Part shown: positions 13,817 to 23,646 of the stretch, piece after piece
Position numbering within the stretch: position 1 is the first letter of the stretch
Layout of the letters: each line of letters opens with the position of its first letter
Assembly (NCBI GenBank): GCA_963712905.1
Contig: CAVQJU010000001.1
Span: 64,652-128,651, forward strand
Direction: 5' to 3'
DNA: 64,000 bases
DNA from: an uncultured Acidobacteriota bacterium
Lineage (GTDB): Bacteria; Acidobacteriota; Vicinamibacteria; Vicinamibacterales; CAVVIG01
Notes under the pieces: generated by a model
What the model saw: the letters and a program-made list of their open reading frames with translations, nothing else
Told to the model about the DNA's origin: nothing
Databases searched by the model: none
Made by a program: the position numbers and the translations under genes

Positions 13817-15525
13817 ATGGAACAACTCTCGGCGTTTCTGCACGGGTTTCCCGCGCTGTGTCTGTTCCTGAGCGTTCTGCTCGGGGCCATCATCGGGCGC
13901 TTTCATTTCAAGGGCGTCGGGTTCGGGGCCGTGGTCGGGACGCTGCTTGCCGGCATCCTCATCGGCATCGTCGCGAAACCCGAGCTGCCCGACCTGCTGC
14001 GCTGGACGTTCTTCTACCTGTTCCTGTTCTCGATCGGGTATTCCGTCGGCCCGCAGTTTTTCGGGAGCCTGAAGAAGGACGCGGTGCCGCAGATCGTGCT
14101 GGCGCTGGTCGTGGCGGTCAGCGGCCTGGCCACCGTGATCGCCGTCTCCGCAGTCTTCGGCTTCGACGAAGGCCTGGCGGTGGGGCTGCTCTCGGGCGGC
14201 ATGACCCAGTCGGCGGCGCTTGGCACCGGCCTCAGCGCGATCGCCGAGCTGCCGATACCCGAGGCCGCGAAGACGACGCTCATCGCCAATGCGCCGCTGG
14301 CCGACGCGATTACCTACGGGTTCGGCGACCTCGGCCTGATCCTGTTCCTCACGTGGCTCGGCCCGAAGATCATGAAGGCGGACCTCAAGGCCGACGCGAA
14401 GGCGCTCGAACAGCAGCTCTCGGGCGGCAAGAGCAGCGGGTCGAGCTTTTCCGCGGCTCACTTCAGCCTGCGAGCGCATCGGCTCGAGAACGCCGCCCTG
14501 GCCGGGTCGAGCCTTGCTGCGTTCGAAAAGCACTACGCCGGTGAACGGCTGTCGGTCCACCGTGTGGAACGGGATGGCGGGCTGCTGACGCTGGAGCCGA
14601 CCCTGGCGTTGAAGCGCGGCGATCGGCTCGTCGTCTCGGCACTCCGGGGCGCGTTCCTCCAGGCGGAGCGGGACATCGGGCCCGAGCTCGACGACGCCGC
14701 ACTGCTGTCGGTGCCCGTGCAGACGGTGTCTGCCGTGGTCACCAGCGACGCCGTGAACGGCGCCACCCTCGAGGAGCTGGGACAGGACCCGCACGCGCGC
14801 GGCGTCTACCTCGAATCGCTCCAGCGAGGCGACCGAGCTGATGCCGCGCGAGCCCTGGACGGTCGTGCAGCGCGGCGACATCCTGCGCATCGTCGGCGCG
14901 CCTGACGACGTCGAACGCGCCGGGAAGCACGTCGGGTTCGTCGAGCGCGACCTGTCGAGGACCGACCTGATGTTCGTCGCCGGCGGGATCTGCGCCGGCA
15001 TGCTGCTCGGCCTGCTCAAGCTCAACGCCGGCGGCATCGTCCTCGGGCTCGGCACCGCCGGTTCCATCCTGGTCGTCGGTCTCGTCGCGGGGTGGGCGCG
15101 CAGCCGCTATCCGGTGTTTGGCGCGATACCCGAGCCGGCGCAGCGGCTGCTGATGGACATCGGCCTGATCGTGTTCATCGCCGTCGTCGGCATGCACGCC
15201 GGGCCTCACGCCGTCGAGGCGTATCGCACCAGCGGGGGCGCGTTCTTCGCCAGCATCTTCGTCGCCGGCGTGATCGTCACGGTCGTGCCGTTGGCCGTGG
15301 GCGACCATCGTGGCGCGCTACGTGCTGGGGATGGGCCCGCTGATGACCCTCGGCGGTCTCGCCGGGGCCCAGACCTGCACACCCGGGCTGAACGCGCTGC
15401 GTGAAGCGAGCGGCAGCAACATCGGTTCGCTCGCCTACACCGTGCCGTACGCCATTGGCAACATCCTGCTGACGGTCTGGGGACCGGTCGTTGTCGCGAT
15501 CGTGCACGCGATGAGAGCGCCATGA
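13817..15525 (+). pseudogene. Aspartate:alanine exchanger (AAE; YidE/YbjL/AspT-type) family transporter, two frameshifts
   Basis: The membrane domains and central TrkA-C-like segments are colinear across ORFs 13817.., 14841.. and 15310..15525. Shifts of +1 lie near 14831 and 15303. The stop overlaps the malic-enzyme start (ATGA). Confidence 0.8.
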
Positions 15526-17126
15526 AGAAGACGCGCGGCTTCGACATTCTTCGCGACAAGACGGCCAACCGTTCGATCGCCTTCGGTCCGAAGGAACGGG
15601 ATCGTCTCGGCCTCAGGGGACTGCTGCCGTACCGCGTGGCGTCGCCGAAGCAGATGGTGGAGCGGGTGATGGCGAACCTCGAGCGGCTCCCCCGCGACAT
15701 CGATCGCTACATGCTGCTCTCGGCGCTGCAGGAGAGAAACGAGCAGCTGTTCTACCAGACGGTGATCGCCAACATCGAGCGGATCCTGCCGATCATCTAC
15801 ACGCCGACGGTCGGCGAGGCGTGCCGCGAGTTCTCCCACATCGCGAGGGAGCCCAAGGGTTTCTTCATCACCCCGAAGGATCGCGGACACATCCGCCGGA
15901 TCCTGGCCAACTGGCCGCAGCGTGACATCCGTGTCATCGTCGTCACCGACGGTCAGCGGATCCTCGGCCTTGGCGACCTCGGCGCCAACGGCATGGGCAT
16001 CCCGATCGGAAAGCTCGCGATCTACACCGCCGGCGCCGGCATCGATCCGAACGCGTGCCTGCCGGTGACGCTCGACGTCGGGACCGGCAACGACCAACTG
16101 CGGCACGACGTGCTCTACCTCGGCTACCCGCGGCGGAGGCTGCGGGGCAAGGCGTATTTCGACCTGGTCGAAGAGTTCGTGACCGCGGTGCAGTCGCGCT
16201 ACCCGGATGCGCTGATCCAGTTCGAGGATTTCCTGACGCCGAACGCGTACGCGCTGCTGAACAAGTACCGGGACCGTGTGCTCTGCTTCAACGACGACAT
16301 CCAGGGCACGGCCGCCGTCGCGCTGGCCGGCGTGTTCTCCTCGACGCGCGTCACCGGTGTGCGGTTCAGGGACCTGCGGATCATGTTCCTCGGCGCCGGG
16401 TCGGCGGCGACCGGGATCGCCGATCTGATGACCGCGGCGTTCGTCGAGGCGGGGCTCGTCCCCGACGAAGCCCGGCGCCGCCTCTGGTTCGTGGACGTGA
16501 ACGGCCTGGTCGTGAAGGACCGCACCGACCTGATGGCGCACAACCTGCCGTACGCGCACGACCACCCGCCGCTCGGTTTCGTGGACGCGATCGACGCGAT
16601 CCGTCCCCACGTTCTGATCGGAGCCACCGGCGCTCCGGGGACGTTCACGCAGGCCGTGATCGAGCGGATGAGCGAGATCAACCCGAGGCCGGTGATTTTC
16701 GCCCTGTCGAACCCGACATCGCGGGCCGAATGCACGCCGGAACAGGCGTACGCGTGGTCCGGCGGGCGAGCGCTGTTCACGAGCGGCAGCCCGTTCGCAC
16801 CCGTGACCTACGGCGGCAGGGTGCTCCGGCCGGCGCAGGGGAACAACGCGTACGTGTTCCCCGGCATCGGCCTGGGCGCCGTCGCGTGCCGTGCCCGCAC
16901 GCTGCCCGACGCGCTGTTTCTCGAGGCCGCCGCCACGCTCGCGAAGCTGGTTCGGGGTAAGGATCTCGACGAAGGCGCGCTCTACCCGCCGCTCAAGGAT
17001 CTCCGGAAGATCTCGCTGGCCATCGCGACGAGCGTCGCCACGAAGGCCTATGCGCTGAAGCTGGCGCGAGCGCCGCGCCCCCGGAACATCCGCCGGAGCA
17101 TCGCGGCGCTCATGTACCGCCCCTGA
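15522..17126 (+). CDS. NAD(P)-dependent malic enzyme
   Basis: Contains LLSALQERNEQLFY, IIYTPTVGEAC, VVTDGQRILGLGDLGANGMGIPIGKL, FNDDIQGTAAV and FLGAGSAATGIA. The 534-aa ORF is intact. Confidence 0.9.
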   Translation: MKKTRGFDILRDKTANRSIAFGPKERDRLGLRGLLPYRVASPKQMVERVMANLERLPRDIDRYMLLSALQERNEQLFYQTVIANIERILPIIYTPTVGEACREFSHIAREPKGFFITPKDRGHIRRILANWPQRDIRVIVVTDGQRILGLGDLGANGMGIPIGKLAIYTAGAGIDPNACLPVTLDVGTGNDQLRHDVLYLGYPRRRLRGKAYFDLVEEFVTAVQSRYPDALIQFEDFLTPNAYALLNKYRDRVLCFNDDIQGTAAVALAGVFSSTRVTGVRFRDLRIMFLGAGSAATGIADLMTAAFVEAGLVPDEARRRLWFVDVNGLVVKDRTDLMAHNLPYAHDHPPLGFVDAIDAIRPHVLIGATGAPGTFTQAVIERMSEINPRPVIFALSNPTSRAECTPEQAYAWSGGRALFTSGSPFAPVTYGGRVLRPAQGNNAYVFPGIGLGAVACRARTLPDALFLEAAATLAKLVRGKDLDEGALYPPLKDLRKISLAIATSVATKAYALKLARAPRPRNIRRSIAALMYRP

Positions 17127-17295
17127 CTGGTCCCTTGGGCCTTGGTACTTGGTTCTTAGTCCGTCCCTGGTCCGTCCTTCGTCCTTGGAGCTTGGTCCCT
17201 CCGCCGATCGCGCCCTCAGAGGACCACGGACCGAGGACCAAGGACGGACGAAGGACCATGGACGGACCAAGACCCAGGGCCCAAGGACCAAGGAC
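17127..17295. repeat. Imperfect long hairpin with GGTCC-type tandem-repeat arms, sited between convergent genes
   Basis: The left arm is rich in GGTCCnT / TTGGTnC units (17127-17200). The right arm is the approximate complement, rich in GGACC / AAGGAC units (17222-17295). The element begins immediately after the malic-enzyme stop and ends 14 nt before the ansB stop. Confidence 0.8.
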
Positions 17296-17308
17296 TGTGT
17301 GATTGCAT

Positions 17309-18397
17309 CTAGTACTCGGCGAACAACCGCTGCACGTCGGTGACGCTGCGCGACTTGAGCAGCGCCAGCCGCAGCAGCACGCGCGCCTTCTGCGGGTTCT
17401 TGTCGAGCGCTGCTACGAACCCGAGCTTGTCGTCTTCGAGCTCAACGTTGCGGCCTACGCGGCCAGTTGTCACCCGGCTCGCGCGCACGCAGACCACGCC
17501 CTTCTTTGCGACGGCCGCCAGCGCGTCCACGGCCGGTTTCGTCAGGTTGCCGTTGCCGACGCCGGCAATCACGATCCCCTTGGCGCCGGCCGCGACCGCC
17601 GCGTTGATCAGCGCGCCGTCCATGTTCTCGTGCGCCATGATGATGTCCACCCGCGGCAGCGCCGTCACACCCTGCAGCGAGAATTCCGACGTCGCCGTGT
17701 TCTTGCCGATGGGCATGCGGTAGAAGTCGGCCTTCCCGTAGGCGACCGTGCCGATCAGGCCTTCGAGCGGCGACATGAACGTCTGCACGGCCGTCGTGCT
17801 CGTCTTGGTCAGCGACTCGGCGTCGTGAATCCAGTCGTTGACGACCACCAGGACGCCCCGGCCGGCCGCGTTCTTGTCGGCGGCCACCGCGACGGCGTTG
17901 AAGAAGTTCAGCGGGCCGTCGGCCGACAGCGCGGTCGCCGGCCGCATCGCCGCCGTGAGCACGACGGGCTTGCGCGACTTGACGACCAGGTTCAGGAAAT
18001 ACGCCGTCTCCTCGATCGTGTCCGTGCCGTGCGTGATGACCACGCCCGCCACGTCAGCCTGGGCGACCAGCGCGTTGACGCGGTTGGCGAGCTTCAGCCA
18101 GACCTCGTCGTTCATGTCCTGCGACCCGATGTTCGAGATCTGCTCGCCCTTGAGCGTGGCGAGCTTCTTGGCCTCCGGGACCGCCGCGATCAGCTGGTCC
18201 ACGCCGACCTGGCCCGATGTGTATCCCGCCTGGACATTGCTCGCCGCCGCGCCGGCTATCGTACCGCCGGTGGCCAGCACGACGACCGTGGGCAGCGCCG
18301 GCTTGGCCTGCGCGCTGAGGCGCACCGGCGTGACGCCGTCCGCGGCGAACGTCAGGAGCGATGTGAGGACGAACAGTGCGAATCTGCGACGTGACAT
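17309..18397 (-). CDS. ansB: L-asparaginase type II, secreted
   Basis: A signal peptide is followed by VVVLATGGTIAG, GVVITHGTDTIEETAYFL and the characteristic C-terminal region. Confidence 0.92.
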   Translation of the reverse strand: MSRRRFALFVLTSLLTFAADGVTPVRLSAQAKPALPTVVVLATGGTIAGAAASNVQAGYTSGQVGVDQLIAAVPEAKKLATLKGEQISNIGSQDMNDEVWLKLANRVNALVAQADVAGVVITHGTDTIEETAYFLNLVVKSRKPVVLTAAMRPATALSADGPLNFFNAVAVAADKNAAGRGVLVVVNDWIHDAESLTKTSTTAVQTFMSPLEGLIGTVAYGKADFYRMPIGKNTATSEFSLQGVTALPRVDIIMAHENMDGALINAAVAAGAKGIVIAGVGNGNLTKPAVDALAAVAKKGVVCVRASRVTTGRVGRNVELEDDKLGFVAALDKNPQKARVLLRLALLKSRSVTDVQRLFAEY

Positions 18398-18424
18398 ATG
18401 AGCCTCTCTTCTAATAAGGACATT

Positions 18425-19832
18425 TCAGCGCACCGTCAGCCACAGCCACCCGGTGCCGACGACGGCGTAGATCGCGAAACTCGCGGCGGTGGTGATCGCG
18501 CCGAATTTATAGAGATCGCCCTGGGACAGATACCCGCTGCCGGCAAACAGCAGGTTCGCGCTCGATCCCTGCGGCGTGAGCAGCGAGAAGTAGTTCGTCG
18601 CGAACAGCAGCTGGAACGCGAGCATGGCCGGGTTGACGCCGAGCTTGACGCCGACGTCGAGGAACACGCCGAAGAGCGCCAGCATGTGCGCGGTCTGGCT
18701 CACGAACAGGTAGTGCAGCAGGATGTACGCGGCGACCAGGACGAGTCCGGCGGTCGGCGACGCGAGGCCGGCCAGCCGGCCCGCCAGCCGGCGCCCGAGA
18801 AATCCCATGAACCCGAGCTCGTTGAGCTGGCTGCTGAGCGTGAAGAGTACGGCAAACCAGATGAAGGTCGCAAGCACGTCGCCCTGCTTCGCGATATCCG
18901 CGAGCGTGATCACGCCGGTCGCGAGGAGCACGCCCAGGCCGAGAAACGCGACGGCCGTCGAATCGATGCCGAGCGTCGCCGCCAGTCCCCACAGCGCCAC
19001 CATGCCGGCGAAGACGACGAGGACGATCCATTCGGCGCGCGTGAACGGTCCGAGCGCGTCGAGCGCCTTCCGGGCGGCGGCCGGCGCCTCGGGCGTGGAC
19101 CGCACTTCGGGCCCGATGAGCCAGTAGAGCAGCGGCGGCAGCAGCGCGATCGCGCAGATCGTCGGGACACAGGCGGCCAGCAGCCACCGGCCGAACCCGA
19201 TCTCGACGCCGACCCCGCGCGCAACCTCGCCGCCGAGCGGGTTGGCCGCCATGGCCGTCAGCCACAACGCGGACGACACGCTGAGGCTCGCAATCCCGGA
19301 AAACATCAGGAACGCCCCGACCCGCTGGCGTCCCGGCTGATCCGGCCTGGCGCCGGCGGCGTCGGCCAGCGAGAACGCGAGCGGATACAGCACGCCCGAG
19401 CGCGCGGTGTTGCTGGGAAAGGCGGGCGCGATGACGGCGTCCAGCAGGAAGATCGAATAGGACAGGCCCAGCGTCGACCGGCCGAACCGGCTGACGATCC
19501 AGTGGCCGGCGCGTTTGCCGAGCCCGCATTTCACGACGGCGTCCGCCACCAGAAACGCGATGACGATGAGCAGGATGGTCGCCGTTGCCGAAGCCGGCGT
19601 ATGCGTCCGCCGGCTCGAGCAGGCCGGTGAGCACGGATGCGGCGACCGCGAGCACGGATGCCGTCAGGATCGGCAGCGCGTTGACGACGACCGAGAAAAT
19701 TGCGGCCACGAAGACGGCAAACAGCCGCCAGGCCTGCAGGCTCAGCCCCTCGGGCGGCGCCGTCCACCACAGCGCCGCCACCAGAGCCGCGGTGGCGATC
19801 CGCGCCACGAGAGTCCGGTGGCGGTCGAGCAC
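18425..19832 (-). pseudogene. DASS-family anion/dicarboxylate transporter, one frameshift
   Basis: The C-terminal 374 aa lie in ORF 18425..19549. The N-terminal helices (LSLQAWRLFAVFVAAIFSVVVNALPILTASV) lie in the frame of ORF 18507..20135. A +1 shift falls near 19577-19583. The putative GTG start at 19832 overlaps the aspA stop (TAGTG). Confidence 0.8.
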
Positions 19833-21240
19833 TAGCGTCCGGCCTGTCCGGTCATCGCGACCGGATCGAGCACCTCGGCAATCTGCTGCTCGGTCAGGAT
19901 CTTCTTCTCGCGAATCAGCTCCAGGATGCCGCGGCCGGTCTTCATCGCCTCGGCTGCGAGCTCGGTCGAGCGCTCGTAGCCGATGACCGGATTGAGGGCC
20001 GTCACGGTGCCGATGCTGTACTCGACATAGTGGCGGCACACCTCGGGTTCGCGGTGATGCCCTCGACGCAGTGCACCCGCAGCGTGCGGGCTGCGTTGAT
20101 GAACATCGTCTGTGCCTCGAAGATGCACGCGGCAATCACCGGCTCGAAGACGTTCAGCTGCAGCTGCCCGCCCTCGGCGGCCATCGAGACCGTCAGGTCG
20201 CTGCCGATGACCCGGAAGCAGACCATGTTGACGACTTCGGGAATGACCGGGTTGACCTTGCCGGGCATGATCGACGAGCCGGGCTGCTTCGGCGGCAGGT
20301 TGATCTCGCGCAGGCCGCAGCGCGGGCCCGACGACAGCAGCCGGAGGTCGTTGCAGACCTTCGACAGCTTGATCGCGAGGCTCTTCATGCACGACGAGTA
20401 GAGCACGAAGGCCTGCGTGTCCTGCGTCGCCTCGATCAGGTTTTCCGCCAGGTAGATCGGCAGTCCGGTGATCGTCGCGAGGTGCTGCGTGCACTTCGGC
20501 CGCGTAGCCGGCCGGCGCGTTCAGGCCGGTGCCGATGGCCGTCGCGCCCATGTTCACCTCGCAGAGGACCCGCTGGATCGCGCTCGAGCGCGTGCACCTC
20601 GCCGGCCAGCGTCGCGGCGAACGCCTCGAACTCCTGGCCGAGCGTCATCGGCACGGCGTCCTGCAGCTGCGTGCGCCCCATCTTCACGATCGCGCCGAAC
20701 TCCTTGCCCTTCTTCCGGAACGCGGCGATCAGCTCGTTCACGGCGGCGACCAGCTGCTGGTTGCCGAGCGCCATGCCGACGTGGAGCGACGGAGGGATAG
20801 GCGTCGTTGGTGGACTGCGAGCAGTTGACGTGATCGTGCGGATCGCAGTGCTTGTATTCGCCCTTCTTGTGGCCCATCAGCTCCAGCGCGCGATTGGCGA
20901 TGACTTCGTTCGCGTTCATGTTGGTCGACGTGCCGGCGCCGCCCTGGAAGACGTCGAGCCGGAACTGGTCGTGCAGCTTGCCGTCGATGATTTCCTGGCA
21001 GGCGCCCTCGATGCCGGCGAGGATCTCCTTGCTGAACTGCCCGCAGTCGAAGTTGGCGCGCGCCGCGGCCAGCTTCACCATCGCGAAGGCTTTGATCAGG
21101 TTCGGATAGAGCTGCAGCTGAACCCCGGAGATGTGGAAGTTCTCGAGCGCGCGGGCGGTCTGCACGCCGTAGTAGGCGTCGGCGGGCACGGCCTTGTCGC
21201 CCAGGAGATCGTGCTCGAGGCGGGTGGCAGTATTCGACAT
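19832..21240 (-). pseudogene. aspA: Aspartate ammonia-lyase, four frameshifts
   Basis: Colinear aspartase sequence spans ORFs 20554..21240 (GTSTNMNANEV, SQSTNDAYP), 20436..20774 (KMGRTQLQDAVPMTLGQEF), 19832..20557 ([12 protein letters not shown]; C-terminus) and 20002..20406 ([15 protein letters not shown] signature). Junctions lie near 20790, 20579 and 20491 (all +1) and near 20044 (-1). Confidence 0.9.
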
Positions 21241-21290
21241 GGAATCCTCATTCGGAAACAGGGCTATCGGACGGATCGACAGAGGTGGGC

Positions 21291-21306
21291 TGCAAGACCA
21301 ATACCG
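21291..21306 (-). promoter_or_regulatory. Weak candidate sigma-54 promoter upstream of aspA
   Basis: The minus strand reads CGGTAT-TGGTC-TTGCA. The GG-N10-GC spacing is correct and the -12 TTGCA is good, but the -24 element is poor. It sits about 50 nt upstream of the aspA ATG. Confidence 0.3.
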
Positions 21307-21334
21307 CGATGGAAGCGTCGCGGCAGAACGGCCG

Positions 21335-21357
21335 TTCCGTGGCAGGAATCCACGGAA
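21335..21357. promoter_or_regulatory. Perfect inverted repeat TTCCGTGG-N7-CCACGGAA (candidate activator binding site)
   Basis: An 8-bp perfect palindromic pair in the aspA upstream region, about 30 nt upstream of the candidate -24 element. Confidence 0.3.
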
Positions 21358-21375
21358 GTTTCTGCGGCGCGCGTG

Positions 21376-21405
21376 AAAAACTCCGACGGACCGGAGGCGT
21401 CGGAG
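21376..21405 (-). terminator. Rho-independent terminator after the sigma-54 activator gene
   Basis: The minus strand reads CTCCGACG-cctccggtc-CGTCGGAG followed by TTTTT, starting 13 nt after the stop at 21418. Confidence 0.7.
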
Positions 21406-21417
21406 GGCGGGCTTCTG

Positions 21418-22932
21418 TCAGCGCGCCGGCCGCGCCAGCCCCAGTTTGGCCATCCGGCTCTCGAGCGTCGTCGGCTTGAGCCCGAGGCGCTCGGCGGCGC
21501 CCGCGGCGCCGCGAATCCGCCAGTTGGTGGCGTCGAGCGTCGCGCGGATGTGGTCCGCCTCGAAGCTGGCGAGCGTCGTCGGTTTCTGGACCTCGCGGTC
21601 GCCGCACGGCTGCGGCATGGGCACCGTCAGGTGAGGTCCGGTTGCCAGGATGACCGCGCGCTCGATGACGTTGCGCAACTCGCGCACGTTACCCGGCCAG
21701 GAGTAGCGCTCCAGCTCGCTGACGGATTCCCGGGCAATCGACTCGATGGGCTTGCCGAACGACCTGGAGAACTCGTCCACGAATTCCCACGCGAGCGCCG
21801 GGATGTCCTCCACCCGCTCGCGCAGCGGCGGCACGACGATGGGGAAGACGTTGAGCCGGTAGAACAGATCCTCGCGGAACGACTTGTCCTCGACGGCTTT
21901 CTCGAGATTGCGGTTGGTGGCGGCGATGATCCGGACGTCAACCTTGATCGGCTGCGAGCTGCCGAGGCGCTCGACAATGCGTTCCTGAAGGACGCCGAGC
22001 AGCTTGACCTGGACTTCCGCCGGCAGCTCGCCGATCTCGTCGAGAAAGATCGTCGACATGTTGGCGGCCTCGAAGCGGCCGATCTGGCGCGCGACGGCGC
22101 CCGTGTAGGCGCCGCGCTCCCGGCCGAACAGCTCGCTCTCGATCAGGGCGCCCGGGATGGCGCCGCAGTTCACACGAATCATCGGGCGTTTACCGCGGGG
22201 GCTGCGCTCGTGGATCGCGTGGGCGAACACCTCTTTGCCAACCCCGGTCTCCCCGAGCAGCAGAACGGTCGCCGGCGTCGGCGCAACCTGTTCGGCCTGG
22301 GCCAGGGCCTGGCGGATCGACCGGCTTCCGGACACGATCAGGCGGGAGCCGCTCAGCCCCCTCACACGCGGCTGGCGGCACTCCGCGCTGGCGGGCGCGG
22401 GCTCGCGCAGCTGCTGGAGCTCGTCGAGCGCGCGCTGCAGCGCCTCGTGGCCGGCCTTCCGCACCAGCGCCTGGCCGAACACGCCCGAGGCGACCCGCAG
22501 CTGCTCGATGATCGCGGGCGTCCAGTCGTATTCACGCGTCGAGGAACTGAACGCCAGGCCGGCGGCCTCACCGGCGCCGGCTGCCAGCGGCACGGGGAAC
22601 ATCGCGGCCGACTTGATGCCCTGGCGCAGGAAGGCGCCGCGATCGACGGGGTTGTCCAGCTCGTCGAGCCGCGTGAAGAAGGAGGATTCGCCCGTCAGCA
22701 GCGTCGCGGCGGCAAGAGGGGTCAGCTCCGTTTGCGGCGGCTCCGGGCGCAGCCGATGCGGATTCCTGTTCCAGCAGTGCGAGGCCTCGCCAGCCTCGCC
22801 CCCGATCGTCTGCCACAGCATTGCCTGATCGAGCTGCAGTGCCTCACCGACACGGCCCAGGCCGTCCCGGATGGCGTCGTCGATGCGATCCGGCTCGACG
22901 GTCGTGAGTGTGGCTGCCAGGTCGGCGATCAT
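21418..22932 (-). CDS. Sigma-54-dependent transcriptional activator (GAF-like sensor, AAA+, Fis-type HTH)
   Basis: Contains Walker A GETGVGKE, GAFTGA-like ERGAYTGA, ELFGRERGAYTG, DEIGELP, RIIAATN, FREDLFYRLNVF and a C-terminal HTH. I preferred the start at ATG 22932 (MIADLAATL). An upstream ATG at 23067 is possible. Confidence 0.88.
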   Translation of the reverse strand: MIADLAATLTTVEPDRIDDAIRDGLGRVGEALQLDQAMLWQTIGGEAGEASHCWNRNPHRLRPEPPQTELTPLAAATLLTGESSFFTRLDELDNPVDRGAFLRQGIKSAAMFPVPLAAGAGEAAGLAFSSSTREYDWTPAIIEQLRVASGVFGQALVRKAGHEALQRALDELQQLREPAPASAECRQPRVRGLSGSRLIVSGSRSIRQALAQAEQVAPTPATVLLLGETGVGKEVFAHAIHERSPRGKRPMIRVNCGAIPGALIESELFGRERGAYTGAVARQIGRFEAANMSTIFLDEIGELPAEVQVKLLGVLQERIVERLGSSQPIKVDVRIIAATNRNLEKAVEDKSFREDLFYRLNVFPIVVPPLRERVEDIPALAWEFVDEFSRSFGKPIESIARESVSELERYSWPGNVRELRNVIERAVILATGPHLTVPMPQPCGDREVQKPTTLASFEADHIRATLDATNWRIRGAAGAAERLGLKPTTLESRMAKLGLARPAR

Positions 22933-23050
22933 CGCCTGAACTTCGAGGTGGGTCCTGGTGGCAGAGGACGGCCGGACATCGACACGCCGCCCGGTGGTCG
23001 GAACAGGGCCACGGTCGCTGAGGCATGGAGTCCGTCTTTCGGCGGCGTAT

Positions 23051-23482
23051 TCACCAGTGATAAGCATGGACCTGCTCCGTGGTTTGCGGTGTGTCTGCGG
23101 CTGTCCAGCGCCGGAGAGTGCCTCGCAACGTTGCCGATGGCGTTTCCCCGAACGCTTCCTTGTAAGACGCGGCGAACCGTCCGAGCTCGTAGAAGCCGTA
23201 GCGCGTGGCCACGCCCGTGACCGTCGTGCCGCTCTGGCGGCCGTCGCAGAGCGCGCGGCGGGCATCCTCGAGACGCTCCGCGATGAAACGGCGCTTGGGG
23301 CTCATCCCGCGCACGCCGTAGAACGCATTGCGGAGACCGCGCTCGCTCAGCCCCACCATGCGGGAGAGCCTGGAGATCGGAACAGACGTCCCCGGGTGGG
23401 TGCGCACGTAGGCTTCAGCGCGCTCGACGGCCTCGAGTCTGGACGCGGTCCTGTGAAGACGTCCACGTCTGACTGATTCCAT
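23051..23482 (-). CDS. AraC-family HTH protein (short, DNA-binding domain only)
   Basis: The C-terminal 143 aa of track ORF 23051..23737 carry the AraC HTH pair (ISRLSRMVGLSERGLRNAF ... VTGVATRYGFYELGRFAASYKEAFGETP). The start is taken at ATG 23482. Confidence 0.7.
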   Translation of the reverse strand: MESVRRGRLHRTASRLEAVERAEAYVRTHPGTSVPISRLSRMVGLSERGLRNAFYGVRGMSPKRRFIAERLEDARRALCDGRQSGTTVTGVATRYGFYELGRFAASYKEAFGETPSATLRGTLRRWTAADTPQTTEQVHAYHW

Positions 23483-23646
23483 GGACGCATACCCTACCTG
23501 CCGCCCCCGGCACGGCGGAACTGGGTGAACTGGCAGGGTCAACCAGTAAAACTGACAGGGGGAGCCCCCGTGCTTTACTAGGCAGACGCGATCTACGATG
23601 ATCACCCCCGTCGTTTTGACCTGATCTGCGCGGCGGCGGGACTCCG

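Noticed and set aside
14828-14834. Recurrent sequence contexts at frameshift junctions: GGCGACC (14828, 15300; reverse complement at 10270 and 19577) and GAGCGCG (near 20579, 34872, 52828)
   Set aside because: This would suggest a context-specific systematic error, such as a basecalling problem at a methylation motif. However, the exact indel position within each junction is ambiguous by eye. These heptamers are also common codon strings (Gly-Asp, Glu-Arg) in a GC-rich genome, and I cannot compute enrichment. It is recorded only as a lead for the read-level check.
20071-23220. 1049-aa ORF on the plus strand spanning aspA and the sigma-54 activator
   Set aside because: It is antisense to two well-supported minus-strand genes, its composition is low-complexity (R/A/G/P/L), and no motifs are present. 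The same reasoning rejects 384..1622(-), 8948..10246(-), 10224..12326(-), 12971..15067(-), 15435..17291(-), 17303..18394(+), 18398..19630(+), 24442..26277(-), 26580..28481(-), 36301..37182(-), 37436..39826(-), 39763..41715(-), 42097..44502(-), 44349..45743(-), 48893..50128(-), 50375..51442(-), 55077..56159(-), 58203..59882(-), 59459..60463(-) and 60527..62146(-).
23531-23546. TGGCA-containing sequence upstream of the TonB-like receptor, considered as a sigma-54 promoter
   Set aside because: TGGCAGGGTCAACCAG has no GC dinucleotide at the -12 position with correct spacing. A nearby GGCACG (about 23508) also lacks a correctly spaced -12 element.
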